64,000 nucleotides of DNA from Trichoplax sp. H2 (lineage: Eukaryota): the NCBI GenBank assembly GCA_003344405.1, contig NOWV01000001.1:1488001-1552000 (forward strand), given 5' to 3'. The notes beneath the pieces are model-generated. The model was not told the DNA's origin and did no database searches. It saw only the letters and a program-made list of their open reading frames with translations. Of the stretch, positions 1-11,943 are shown one piece after another (position 1 is the stretch's first letter; each line of letters begins with the position of its first letter). Position numbers and translations under genes: made by a program.

Positions 1-1963
1 GATAGTTGAGAATTGATGTGTTGATGATTGAAATTTTCTCGTGTTATGAATATTGATAATAAATTTTAACTATTTCTCTGTCAATATTGTGCTTAAAACA
101 GTCTAATTGATGAGTATTGTATTTGTCATTTATTAATAATGCTGCTTTGTTATTTTGGATTACTTTATACTTGAGAAGTGATGTTTAATTTAAAATACTT
201 TTCTATGGATAGTTTAACGTGAGTATGTGCATGTACAGTAATGAGTCTTAAATCAACAACTAGGCTACATGTTTGTTTTTGTAGCATTTTAGAACGAATG
301 CAAGAGAATCACGACTGTAAATGGCATCTGCTAATTTTCATGATACCATTCCCATCATTCATTTTTTTAGGAATGTATTAATCACCAGATAACCTTTGTA
401 CAATCTAAATTGGATGTAATGAATATAATTAGGCTATCGTAGGTATACTTAGAGTGGTAATTAATGGAAAGTCAGCTAAATAATAATGATTATTCAGGAT
501 TTCTGTAATTGCGATTAAGATACCATTTTAATATCCTTTAAGGTGACCTCAGTTGTTATAGTTTTCATAATCTAACCATTTAATTATACGCTAAATTGCT
601 TTAGCTTACTTTGATAATATTATCATCTTGACGTATATACAGTTGGATACCTTTATAAAATAGGATTCAGCATTTGCTTATTAAATTATTACTAGATATA
701 TTCTTTAAAATTTTCGAAGGCAGATTATAACCTAGAAATAAGCTGTTTTCAACTCAGTCAGTCATTCATCCTCAGAATATGTTAATGAGTATCGTATCAT
801 GTGAACTTGATTACTTTATGAAATGGGTTATATATGATTATTTAGATAATAATTGCGATAATAGGTTATGTGGAGCTACAAGATTTTAGTAGATATTTCT
901 GTTAAATTTAAATTATATCGTTCCACCTATACATTTCTAAATGGGGATCATTGATGCACAAGTATTACAGTAGTATACTACATATAAAGAGAAGGTATGA
1001 AGTTAAAATCGCACAGTAGCTGGATTTGAATAATCATTACTATCGATTATATCATCTAACCAAGCCTGCTACTACTGTAGCTTAAGCGCTACGGTAGGTT
1101 AGGCCGCTTGCCTATGGTAATTATGTACATAGAACTGGTCATCTAATGATTATTTATCGTTAAGTTTCCTTTATTTTCACATCTTCCTAACGCTGGACTA
1201 TAATACATTTCTGGAGATGGTATAAAACGAATATGTATATACTCATATATATATATAACTGATTGAATTAATATTTATGTTTATCAGTGAATAGCTTTTA
1301 CTATAACAATCTATTGCTCTATCTCAGTTGAGAGCTATACGAAAGCTTGGATTTGGTTTATACTTTAGTCTACTACTGTCTTGCTCGTATCCTTTAAAAA
1401 GATAAATCCGTTTAGTAGTTATGATGCATTAGCAAGATTTTGACTTTTTTTATAGAGTAGTCCCTGATATGATACAGGCGTATACAGTACAGTGTAAACA
1501 TATGCATAACACTACAGTACTAATTTCCTCGCAATTTTGCATATTTATTTTTATTTTATACCACTCTAACTTGATTTTCTCAAGTACTGTAGTGCATAAC
1601 TTATTACAATGTTGCTTCGCTGCTAATAAATACTGTAGTATTTATGAAATTTTACGAATAGTAGTGTGTCCTAATTTTAATTATAGCTGGATTTTTTTAG
1701 GATTCTAATTTTGTAATCAAAACCAAGCCATTATATGTAAATGCAAATCAAAAATTATAGGAAATTACTTTTTCAAGGTAACTTTATTTGCTATTCATTT
1801 TTAAAGATTAGGTTGAATTTACAACATGGTCGTGGTATGGCTAAAACATAACATAAATAGTTTAAGAACTTTATTGAATGTATTTTAATTATGATAACTA
1901 TCCGTAGTTGTATTTAATCATTAAACTACACACTGTACGCTAACATGATGAGATAGTCAGGTA

Positions 1964-2040
1964 TACACGATTACTAGACTATCCGTTACTACAATCCAAT
2001 CGAGTTTGATCTCGAGTTAATAACTTCATTATATCATGTA
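1964..2040 (-). promoter_or_regulatory. SECIS element of the decayed deiodinase pseudogene (GAGA apical variant)
   Basis: Minus strand reads TACATGAT-ATA-ATGAA-GTTATTAACTC-GAGA-TCAAACTCGATTGG-ATTGTAGTAAC-GGAT-AGTCTAGTA-ATCGTGTA. This gives an AUGA/GA core, helix II, an apical mini-stem and helix I. Homologous to the SECIS at 6271 and 12753; lies ~330 nt 3' of the pseudogene. Confidence 0.8.
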
Positions 2041-2372
2041 GAACTATCTACATCAGCAAATTCAGTCTACAAATTGATAATGACATTCCATTACGCAATT
2101 ATTATTATTCTACAATTAGATCGTCTAGTATAAAAAGATGGGTGCTATTTCCTGTATACAATATACTTGTAATGTAATCCTTTTTTTTTGGTTTGCCTTG
2201 CAGCAATTTGACAATCCTAGAATATTTTTAGATTAATCTCATTGATCAATTGAAATTAAAAGACAACGCTCGAAGCTTGCCTGTCTTTACCAGTATGATT
2301 GGAATCAATTTCGTTTTCACAGTATTAAGTGAAATGATCGATTTTGGCATGGCAGACAAGACGTTGCAATTT

Positions 2373-3170
2373 GGATGATTTTTGTCCTTGTGCGACTTGT
2401 TCATGAATCGTTTCCTGTCACCTGGACTGTGTAAGTCAATGGACCTGGATTACCAAAATAAAAGTTTCAATTCTATACTGTATATGTATCATTTCGGCAG
2501 TACAGCATCGACCAGTTGATGACGCCATTTGCACGCGAATGGGCAAACACCGTAATTAAAATTAGAAATAATGGATCAAAATTTTTTGGAGCCTATTTTT
2601 ATTCTAACATCTAATCTTTCGGACTGAAATAAAGAAGAGACTGAGATTAATTGCTAGCAGTGACCATTGATCATCTGTATATTAGCTTCGTTAATATAAA
2701 AAATATTTCATTGATGATGATAATTAAGTCGTGATGCAAGATCGACAAAGTGATTCAGTTTTCATGGCCATGGTGGTCAAGAGTACGATCCAAAGTTGAA
2801 GAAGTGAATCTTTTGTAATTCAAAGTTATCACCACGAAGCATAAATAATTATAAATTAATCAGTCGATGGAAGCTGCATTTTCTATATAATCATGTATGA
2901 TTGTAGGTTAATTAATTCATTAATTCATAAGACGTGGTTAAATTATTGAATAAGAAATCCCATTTACTATTACACTACATAGACGTGAACTATTCATGGA
3001 TGATTTGAAATTTTTGCTAGGAGTTGTCATTAGTTCCAATTGGAATTGTAATGGACTAGAGTTTATGCAATAGTATTGAATAACGATAGAAAGAGTTATA
3101 AATAATACTCAAATTGACACTAACAACGTTGACGATAATATCGCATTTCAACCAGTAGAATCATTTGGAG
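2373..3170 (-). pseudogene. Decayed iodothyronine deiodinase-like selenoprotein pseudogene
   Basis: Minus-strand translation KIHFFNFGSYS-U(TGA 2779-2777)-PPWP*KLNHFVDLASRLN...YINEAN, later QSERLDVRIKI, DAVLPK*YI, YFGNPGPLTY, QVAQGQKSS. Colinear with the intact paralogs but has premature stops and frameshifts. The 5' boundary is approximate (FYWLK resembles YGWFK). Confidence 0.85.
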
Positions 3171-3536
3171 CTCGCCCTGTGAGCAATCCAGCCCATCTTT
3201 TTCACCTCATCAGCTTGCAACCAGGTTTACAAAGATGGGTAGATGTGAAGCGAGTGACAAGAAATGGGTTAAAAGTAGGAAATTACAACGGCAATAAAAT
3301 AGACTATTCACACAAATAACTAATTTTGCTTTAGTTTACATATGGATTGAATTTGCATCATGATTATCAATTGCTTGTGAAGACGTCCGGTGCATATTGA
3401 AATGTCCACGACACCAGTTGGTCATACCGGTTGCACAGTAGAAGTGAGTACAATAGTATGCTATACCGTCGATGTACTGAACACGGGGGTAAGGGTTGAA
3501 AGCTTTTCACCGCCAGACGTTTCGCGTGACATTGTG

Positions 3537-3908
3537 TTACTTCTTATTGGCATTGGAATTGGCATTGGAATTTTTAATAAGTCGTCGCCTGATGGTGCTG
3601 GGATGTAAAGTTTTGCCTGTTTTATCCTTTAACATCGCTGCTAATTCCCCACTAGCTTTAAATGGTGACTCTTTCACCGCTTCCAGGATCAAATCGTCCT
3701 CCTCGGGGGTGGTTTTGCGTTTCCTACCCGTCTTGAATTTTTGAATTTTAAAGGAACGCTGGCCTTGAAAGCGTTTGACAATCCGTTGAATAGTGCGTTT
3801 ACTAACTTTCATTCGATTAGCGATCTTCTGTCGAGTCCAGCCAGCTTCATCAAATGCCATAATCTGTGCTCTATCACAGCATGTGAGTAGCTTATGTTTA
3901 GGAGCCAT
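3537..3908 (-). CDS. Tc1/mariner-transposase-derived DNA-binding protein (paired-like bipartite HTH only, no DDE domain)
   Basis: MAPKHKLL...DRAQIMAFDEAGWTRQKIANRMKVSKRTIQRIVKRF...TGRKRKTTPEEDDLILEAVKESPF.ASGEL...TLHPSTIRRRL matches the Tc1 PAI-GRPR-RED layout. The ORF stops right after RED. TATATAAA on the minus strand at 4027-4034. Confidence 0.75.
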   Translation of the reverse strand: MAPKHKLLTCCDRAQIMAFDEAGWTRQKIANRMKVSKRTIQRIVKRFQGQRSFKIQKFKTGRKRKTTPEEDDLILEAVKESPFKASGELAAMLKDKTGKTLHPSTIRRRLIKNSNANSNANKK

Positions 3909-4156
3909 CAAGTTTAAAGCGATTAGTAGCAATTGGACAAGGAAAGCAATGGCAGAAGGAAGAAACGCCGCTTGACCCAGTGCTAAGGAAGGACAAGATT
4001 TTGCGCACGACGGATCATTGCGGTGCTTTATATACCTTGCTATCCGTACAAGTGGACACGCTATGGTACACTCTGACAGCCAACTGTATAGTATTCTATG
4101 CTGACGTTGTCATGCCATGTGCTAAGCTTGGCACTGGATGGTATGGCCAATTGCAG

Positions 4157-4500
4157 AAATGATGTCACCTGGAGATCGGGTTATTGGCTAATTAGGGAAA
4201 ATGATGTCACTATGGCGTGCCGAGAGTACTGCCTTCAGCTGCAAGGGCGTTGTCACGGGTGACATCCTTTTTGGTGGATACGGCCCATACCGTACTACGT
4301 GTTGGCCCACCGTACTGTACTGTACTGTAGAGAGTCAGTACTAAAAGAAAGAACGATGAGACTGCGCACAGTACTCTGCTTGAACTTTACAGTACGGTAC
4401 TATACGGTGTAGCCTGTCCACTAAAAAGATGATGTCACCCGTGGCGGTTCACTGGTGAGCTGTGGGCACTACTTGAGGCATGGAATGGCGACATCATTTT
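4157..4500. repeat. Cluster of five AAATGATGTCAC-like motifs in both orientations
   Basis: Copies at 4157-4168, 4198-4210 and 4426-4438 (forward), and 4259-4270 and 4488-4500 (reverse), in a GC-elevated patch between the HTH ORF and the first deiodinase. Confidence 0.7.
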
Positions 4501-5126
4501 CAATAAATTCATCGCTCAGATTGACCTCATGAACAATATCATTGGTCACAGGACTAGTTATGGGCAACTCTAGTTTACAGTAATATTAAGGTTAAGCAAC
4601 AGTTAGCCTGGTTCAACTGAAGCCAATCAGGTCATCCGATTGCAACGCTCTGTAGCAGCTGATCTGGAGCCATATCTGACTGATTGCAAATGTTGCAGTT
4701 AAGTTGGATAACGACAACGATTGCGCAAGTGCACATACCAGTGGCAGGTATATAGTAACAGTACTGTACGTCATCATCAAAAATATTTCTGACTGTAAAG
4801 CGTAAACATCAACCCCAGAAATATCTTGGGCTATAGTCGACTTTGCATATAGCTAATAATTCCTAATAATTCTACGAATGATTAGCAATCGCAAGACCTA
4901 CAGTACATCGTAACAACAGTCTAGTAGACACTAAAAGCCGTCAAAAAGAAATGGAGAATTAACTACTTGTTGTTATACATCGATGTAGTATAGTATTTGC
5001 TCATCAAGCCTACTCCCGCTTACCACCAACATAACACTTGTGTACAGTACACGGTAGCACACCCAACTCTGCCCAAGCTCGCCTTCAATATTCAGAATAC
5101 TGTAGTTCTTAATCCATTGGGGGTAA

Positions 5127-5939
5127 ATGGCAATGCATCAGAAAAAGGAAACCAGCCTTAGCTGGTTCATGTCTGCATATCTCATGATGTATGGATTATT
5201 CAAACTTATCAAATACTTTTTAACATTAAGGTATTACTATCCTGCTTCTACAAGCCATCTTCAGAAACGGATGAGACCTATCGTGCGAAAAAACTTGCAA
5301 GATCAAAAAGTAACCTTATGGTCTTATTTAAGATCCAATTTTTTAAATAAGCAAAATCTTCTCTTTCTTGGAGAAAGGTTTAATTTTGCCTCAATAAACT
5401 TTCTTAAAGTTGGACAACAAGCTCCTAAAGGACGATTATTTACACTTGATCAGCAACAAACTGATTTACAAAACATTTTTAATCAAAGCGCCAAAAAAAT
5501 TCATGTCTTAAACTTCGGATCCTATTCTTGACCTCCATTTCGATATGAAATCGATCGCTTTATCGATCTCGCTGGTCGATTTAGTAATCGTGTTCAATTT
5601 AACACTATTTATATTAAGGAAGCTCATGCCGCCGATGAATGGGCACTACCAGTAACGAATGAAAATCTTGGCGTATGCTTTCTTCAGCCTAAGAAATTAG
5701 AAGCTAGAATAAACATAGCTAAACAATTTATTAATCGTTTCCAATTTCAATTACCATTTTTTATCGATTGTATTGAAAATGACACGATGAAAGCATACGA
5801 CGCTGTACCAGAACGATTATATGTAGTCGATGACGGAAAAATCGTTTATTCAGGCGGTCCAGGTCCATTTGCTTATAGCCTAGATGACATGGAACAATTT
5901 TTAGAGAAATACGTCGTAGAAGGACAGAAATCGTCGTAA
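5127..5939 (+). CDS. Iodothyronine deiodinase-like selenoprotein, copy A (intronless, 270 aa, Sec TGA at 5529-5531)
   Basis: Reading through the TGA gives NFGSYS-U-PPFRYEIDRF...IYIKEAHAADEW...FIDCIENDTMKAYDAVPERLYVVDDGKIVYSGGPGPFAY...GQKSS* (TAA 5937-5939). All deiodinase motifs present, hydrophobic N-terminal segment, downstream SECIS. Confidence 0.95.
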
Positions 5940-6270
5940 GATTCGGATAAACTATACGGATAATTTAAATATTTATATGTGTCATTCGAGTTACCACTAA
6001 TTGCAATAGATAGCATATACATTACAGGCTTGGTTGAATTGTCCTTTCAACTTCAGTAACTAAATAGTGATGGCCTTAAGAAATTCCAGGGTTGTCGTAC
6101 AATGTTGAGCTGTATGACGAAACAAGAAATTGTATTTAAAGCGTATTACGCACAGGAAAATAACTATTAATTATTATTATTTTAAAATTTATATCTTGTA
6201 ACGTACTAATGGATGTGCAATGCAATGCACATTATGCATTCGTGGCTTTGTTGGTGATTAGATAGCTTTT

Positions 6271-6346
6271 ACGTGATATAATGAAGTTATTTACTTAAAA
6301 CCAAACTGGACTTGGATTGTAATAACCGAAGATCAATTAATCATGT
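6271..6346 (+). promoter_or_regulatory. SECIS element (type II, canonical AAAA) of deiodinase copy A
   Basis: ACGTGAT-ATA-ATGAA-GTTATTTACTT-AAAA-CCAA(ACTGGAC)TTGG-ATTGTAATAAC-CGAA-GATCAATTA-ATCATGT. Confidence 0.88.
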
Positions 6347-6956
6347 ACATACGTATATATGTCTATCTTTACCCAACACGCTGGCTTACATTGCTTTTAG
6401 CGAGTTAAAATGCAATTACAGATATCTAATGATCTATTGAATGAAATTCTTTTCAGCTATTGACACGTATTGTATTTTTAGTTAGTCATAGCTTGTTATC
6501 AATGTCACCCTTGCAACGAGTGGTAATAAAGATACCAACAAAAATTCCTTCAGGCGAGTTATTATCTATTTGCATTACAATAATTTAATAAGCAATGAGA
6601 AAATATTGCTATCGACAGTCGATTTACATAAAGTGATTTCGTAAATATTGACAAGTTGCAATACTAAAAGTAACATAGCTAAGCTTGTAGTAAATTTGAT
6701 GTGATTACTCTAGATTCCGTATGACGGCAGAAATCTTGTGAACTACTCTTTTTCGTTAAAGTGAAAAGAAAATTCGACAGATCATGTTTAAAAATACAAC
6801 TACGTGTAAATTCAATTCATTGAAGTTAAAATACAACAAAATGTTACGACGATACCAATAAAATTATGTGTATATCCCAAATTGCAAAGCTGTACCATTT
6901 GAAATTTATTCAGTGCAATAGTAAGAGGAAGGGTGTATATTATAAGTTTCAGTGAA

Positions 6957-7010
6957 GGATTGTGGAATCGTGGACGCTCGCTTCCATGCGAGCGGGTTCG
7001 AATAGTGCTT
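6957..7010 (+). pseudogene. tRNA-like / SINE-head relic
   Basis: A-box-like TGGAATCGTGG (6963-6973), perfect 7-bp hairpin CGCTCGC-TTCCAT-GCGAGCG, B-box-like GGTTCGAAT (6995-7003). No acceptor stem or T-stem can be formed. Confidence 0.4.
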
Positions 7011-8235
7011 GTAAAATATCGATTTATTTAATTTTAAATATCTTTATTTATAGTACCGATGAAGAATAAGCAAACAGGGAAAACGTATTTTAGCTAACGC
7101 TTCATTTAAAGTAGTGTATGTTCCGAAAACATGGACGAATATACTTACATCGGTTATTTAAGATTTAGAATTAGGATAAAATAAATTTATAATTTTGAAC
7201 GACTTTTAGTCTAGGATAGACTATACTGTATTACATAAAGTTTATTAATCTTTATAATATAAATTAAATAAGATTAGAGTAGAGTAGATTATACAAATAG
7301 AGGTGCAAATACTTACTAGTAACTTAGTACTGTCTGTAGATTCGTGGCACTGTACATCTACCGCAAGTGAATTATAAGACGGACATAAACAATGGGAAAT
7401 CTAGTAATGCTTAAAGGAAAGACCTCAGGAATACAATGATATATTCCTAGTTTAGAAAGACTAGATAGCAGAAAAACTTAGTACAGTAATTACCATTTAT
7501 CATCTTTTTCAGTCCTAGTTCTGCAAGACTCTACATCTACAGTACGAATCTCTCCCAAGTCCCTTAATACTTCTCTTCAATATCTCCATGTTATGCACTA
7601 TACAGTATCTAAGCAACTAGAAAGTTCTAAATAGCTGAAAAGTCTTTATATGCTATTAAGATCAGGTAGTTACTAGACATGAAAATTAAAAAATATTGAT
7701 TACGTTATAGTGCATAAAGTCTTTCTGTAACTTAATTCTTCCTAATATAGTTGTATGCGTACATGGATACTCGCATACGCATATACAGTATATAACCACT
7801 ATGTAGTCAGTCATTAACCTTAACTACATTTTCTTACTGCTTTAATCAGTTCCTAAAATAGTTCATGCATCACTAGTTCTACGAGTAATTCTAAAATCGT
7901 TGGAATTGCGTGTGAAAATTTATCATATCAGTGTTAGTTTACTAGAACAGTTTTAGCATAAAACTTTAAAGTCGAAACCAGATTATTTGGCAAATACTCC
8001 AATGAACCAAACTCTTTTAAAGAGATTTCTCGACGATATCTTTATTTGTGGATTACTTTGAAAATTAGATTTACGATAGGATTATGATAAATAAAGGTAA
8101 TACAGTATACTCTATAAATATTTTGACATTTAATCAATTACAGTTTATCTATATCCTTACTTAGACAAGAGTAGTTATATTTAGTTCGCTAGATGGAGTA
8201 GTATACGTAGATTACTATGTTGAGATAGATAAATA

Positions 8236-8317
8236 TACAGGATTAAAATAATAGATCATCAGTTGTTACAATTCAATCAAACTTGGTCTCAAGTAAAAAC
8301 TTCATTTAAGTTCTGTA
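8236..8317 (-). promoter_or_regulatory. SECIS element of deiodinase copy B (GAGA apical variant)
   Basis: Minus strand TACAGAACTTAA-ATGAA-GTTTTTACTT-GAGA-CCAAGTTTGATTGA-ATTGTAACAAC-TGAT-GATCTATTATTTTAATCCTGTA. Confidence 0.82.
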
Positions 8318-8592
8318 AACGTATCTGTCATTAAGAAGTCTACGAATACTTCTCCATTCTGATACTACAAAATTTAAAGTAATTCCGTAATTACTGATAT
8401 AAATGCAATTTAGTTCTCATGTTAGCCTTGTAGCTCATGGCTATTAATTAATTTAAAAAAAGTAGAATAACATTGAAAGACTAATATCGAGCTAGGATTT
8501 TAAGTTTCTATCGAATTGCATTCCATAGTATTTAATCGTGTCTTAAATGACTCGTATAAGTATTTAAATTATCCGTAGAGTTTATCCGAATC

Positions 8593-9411
8593 TTACGACG
8601 ATTTCTGTCCTTCTACGACGTATTTCTCTAAAAATTGTTCCATGTCATCTAGGCTATAAGCAAATGGACCTGGACCGCCTGAATAAACGATTTTTCCGTC
8701 ATCGACTACATATAATCTTTCTGGTACAGCGTCGTATGCTTTCATCGTGTCATTTTCAATACAATCGACGAAAAACGGTAATTGAAATTGGAAACGATTA
8801 ATAAATTCTTTAGCTATGTTTATTCTAGCTTCTAATTTCTTAGGCTGAAGAAAGCATACGCCAAGATTTTCATTCATTAATGGCATTGCCCATTCATCGG
8901 CAGCATGGGCTTCCTTAACATAAATAGTGTTAAATTGAACACGATTACTAAATCGACCAGCCAGATCGATAAAGCGATCGATTCCATATCGAAATGGAGG
9001 TCAAGAATAGGATCCGAAGTTTAAGACATGAATTTTTTTGGCGCTTTGATTAAAAATGTTTTGTAAATCAGTTTGTTGTTGATCAAGCGTAAATAATCGT
9101 CCTTTAGGAGCTTGTTGTCCAACTTTAAGAAAGTTTACAGTAGCGAAAGGGAACTTCTCGCCAAGATGAACAAGAGATTGCTTATTAAAAAGATTGGATC
9201 TTAGAAAATGCCAAGTAGATATTTTTTGACCTTGCAGATTTTTCTCACATTCAGATTTCATCTTTTTCGGATTATGATAGGGATTATCGATAGTAGGGTA
9301 GTGGTACTTTATTGTTAAAATACATTTGAGTAATCTGAAAAATCCAATGATCATGAGATAGGTAGACTTGAACCAGCCATAGGAGGTTTCCTTTTTCTGT
9401 CCAGTCGCCAT
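8593..9411 (-). CDS. Iodothyronine deiodinase-like selenoprotein, copy B (intronless, 272 aa, Sec TGA at 9003-9001)
   Basis: ORFs 9001-9420 and 8593-8886 are one frame joined through the TGA: MATGQKKETSYGWFK...NFGSYS-U-PPFRYGIDRF...IYVKEAHAADEW...GPGPFAY...GQKSS*. ATG at 9411-9409. Confidence 0.95.
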
Positions 9412-11093
9412 TGGCTCCAATTATTAAATGATACCGTTATTGATTCACTGAATGAATATTAATAGTGTAGTATACTGTGTGTAAGCGTATACTGAAAGTA
9501 ACAGCTTTGATCAGTTCTATTAGTTTTGGATATGACTCTGACTTTACCTGCTAAACTAGTGCTTAGCCATTATAGTGTCGATTAGACGATTAGACGATGA
9601 CGAAATTTCTAGCCTATCATTATTACCGCTGTATTCGTAATTGCGTATCTATCTATCTATCTACTCATTCTACTGTACAGTACAGTACAGTACAGCAGCG
9701 ATTCGTAGAATGGAGGGGTTTACCTAGTGTTAGTACTGTATTGACACGACACACGAATGTAGCTTATAATATTAGACTAGTTTATTAAGAGAGAAGAACA
9801 GTCAAGAGTGACTTCTAGATGAAGACTTGTTAAGAGTACTCCAATATACCATAGAGATATTTACTTATCCTATTCCTAGGATACAGAAAACTAACTTTAA
9901 CTTATCTAGCTGTATAGGAATGCTATTGACTCAGCTGCTGCATGCTGTGCATGATAGCTGGTGGACGATAAACTATGTTCTACCACGACTAGAATACAGC
10001 ACATGAACACTAGTAGAACCCGCTGACGATATACTTCGCTTATTGTATACAGTCGGTGTGAGGGTACGTATACTTGAACTTGTTTACTTTACCTCATACA
10101 ATCGCTATAAAATAGCTGTAAAGTAAACTAATTGTTTAACAATTTATCTGTAAACTAGCTCTATTAACAGATAATTTACAGCTACTATATGATTGTTCAT
10201 GAAGTCAAACTACAATGTCTTTTTCTACTGTACGTAGATGTTACGATACGTAAGCTTGTTCTAATGAGGACCAGTTTTTAGTTAGTTAGTCGGTTAGTTA
10301 GTCAATTAGTTTGTCAATTGCTATTAAATTGTCAAGACTATAATCTTGATTGTCAAGATTTCTTCAGCAATAAATAGTAGTCAATCCCTGACTACCGCGT
10401 CTACACTATCAGTGAAGCTATAATTATACTATAGTATTCAGTCGTTGGAACTAAATTATTTGGTGATACAGCTAATCTCGCCTCTTAAAGTCAGTAAGAG
10501 GCGTTCTTCATAAGCATTGGCGTGTGTAGATTACTTTGTCTCTAGTGGTGTGTGACAGTAGAATATAGAATAAATAAATTTTATTTTATACAGTACTGTA
10601 CCAAAGCTGAATCTAATGGTGTGGATTAGTGTCGATGGCATAAGCAATAGGAGTAGTAAAGTGCAAAATAAGAATAGTAAAGTAAATGAAAATAAGATAA
10701 ATGAAAGCATGTATGGAATACAGTCGAAAGTATATCCGATAATTTTACAGCTACTAAAATATGATAATTTATCTGAATATTACATATATTTCATGAATAA
10801 CAGCTGAAATTTATATAGTGATGTCATAATTTGTCGTAAACTAATTTTGAAATTATCTGATGTTGTGTTTGGATAAATTATCATTTAGCGTAGTAGCTGT
10901 AGATAAATTGTCATAAAGGTGACAATTAATGATAATTTATTTCAACATTACATGTACAGTACTGTATTTAATGAGCAGTCGCTGAATATATATGGTGTTT
11001 GTCACAATTGTCATATCCTAGCCATAAAATTATCTTATTATTTATGCCAAGAATATCATATATCGTACTACTGTAGTATTGTAAGACATGAGC

Positions 11094-11900
11094 TGTGGTA
11101 TTAAACGGAAAAAGTTCCTAGACATATCATCTCTAATTCAGTAATATACTTGTTCAGTATTCGTAAATTACATCACATCCCGATGGTTAAGATAGGATAT
11201 TACCTCACTTTCTTATTTATACGAAGTGCTACACTTTTTAATTCTATTCTGCTTGTTTATAGTTACAATCTATGAACGACTAATGTTATAGGTTAGATAT
11301 TTCTCTATGAGTCGTTGAGGCTTTCGCTTTAGTCGATTAGATCTTTGTATAGAAATAGCAGTTTCAATAGCTGGTGCTTGAGATAACTCGGTGCCTTAGA
11401 AGTCTCTTGATTCTGTACAGTCGTGGGATGTACTCGTGTTTCGCGTTCATTATTTTCTGCCACAGGCATCTTATATATTCATTCGGAATTTGTTTTTGTT
11501 CGAAAAGTCTGCTCTCATGGCTTCAGATGGGTGAAGGAATCGACAGTTCTGTGAACGTACCTTACCACGATATATCTTACCAATAGGAGTTTGCATCATG
11601 TAAGATCGAGGTTCTGTTGTTTCCTTTAACACAATTCCAGGTGTCCATTGAAGGCTATGAGAGTCTTGCATTGCAACAGCTGTACCGGGTTTCAGAGTTG
11701 ATAGGTGTTTTCGTCCACGTTTATCATAGTAGTGTTTTTGTCTTTCCTGGCGTTGCTCTAAGATCTTCTTAGTTTGAGGATCTTTGAATTTGTAAAAATG
11801 AGGTAGTTGAGAACGTATTGATGCTCCAAACAAAAGTTCTGCCAGACTGGGCAAATTAGTATCAATCGGAGTCGATCTAAAATACAACACTGCACTTCTT
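11094..11900 (-). mobile_element. Gypsy-type (K02A2.6-like) LTR retrotransposon relic: integrase C-terminal region and possible short 3' LTR
   Basis: AVLYFRSTP...SLAELLFGASIRSQLP...QKHYYDKR...LKPG...WTPGIV...PRSYMM, then a typical pol end KRKPQRLIEK (~11335-11300). Possible LTR TGTGATGTA...TAATACCACA at 11177-11094 (weak). Confidence 0.75.
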
Positions 11901-11943
11901 TTATTGACTATTACACGCTTTAATACGTACACGCAGTTGAAAC

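Noticed and set aside
3537-3932. Pax / paired-box gene
   Set aside because: Lacks the paired-box signature (NQLGG, RPC, GCVSKIL); it fits a Tc1 transposase N-terminus better.
5127-5531. 134-aa ORF ending at NFGSYS as a complete protein (likewise 9001-9420, 8593-8886, 13242-13553)
   Set aside because: These are halves of deiodinase frames split at the Sec TGA; homology continues in frame and SECIS elements are present.
6957-7010. Functional tRNA-Gly or tRNA-Sec
   Set aside because: No acceptor stem or T-arm pairing, the loop is 6 nt, and there is no TCA anticodon.
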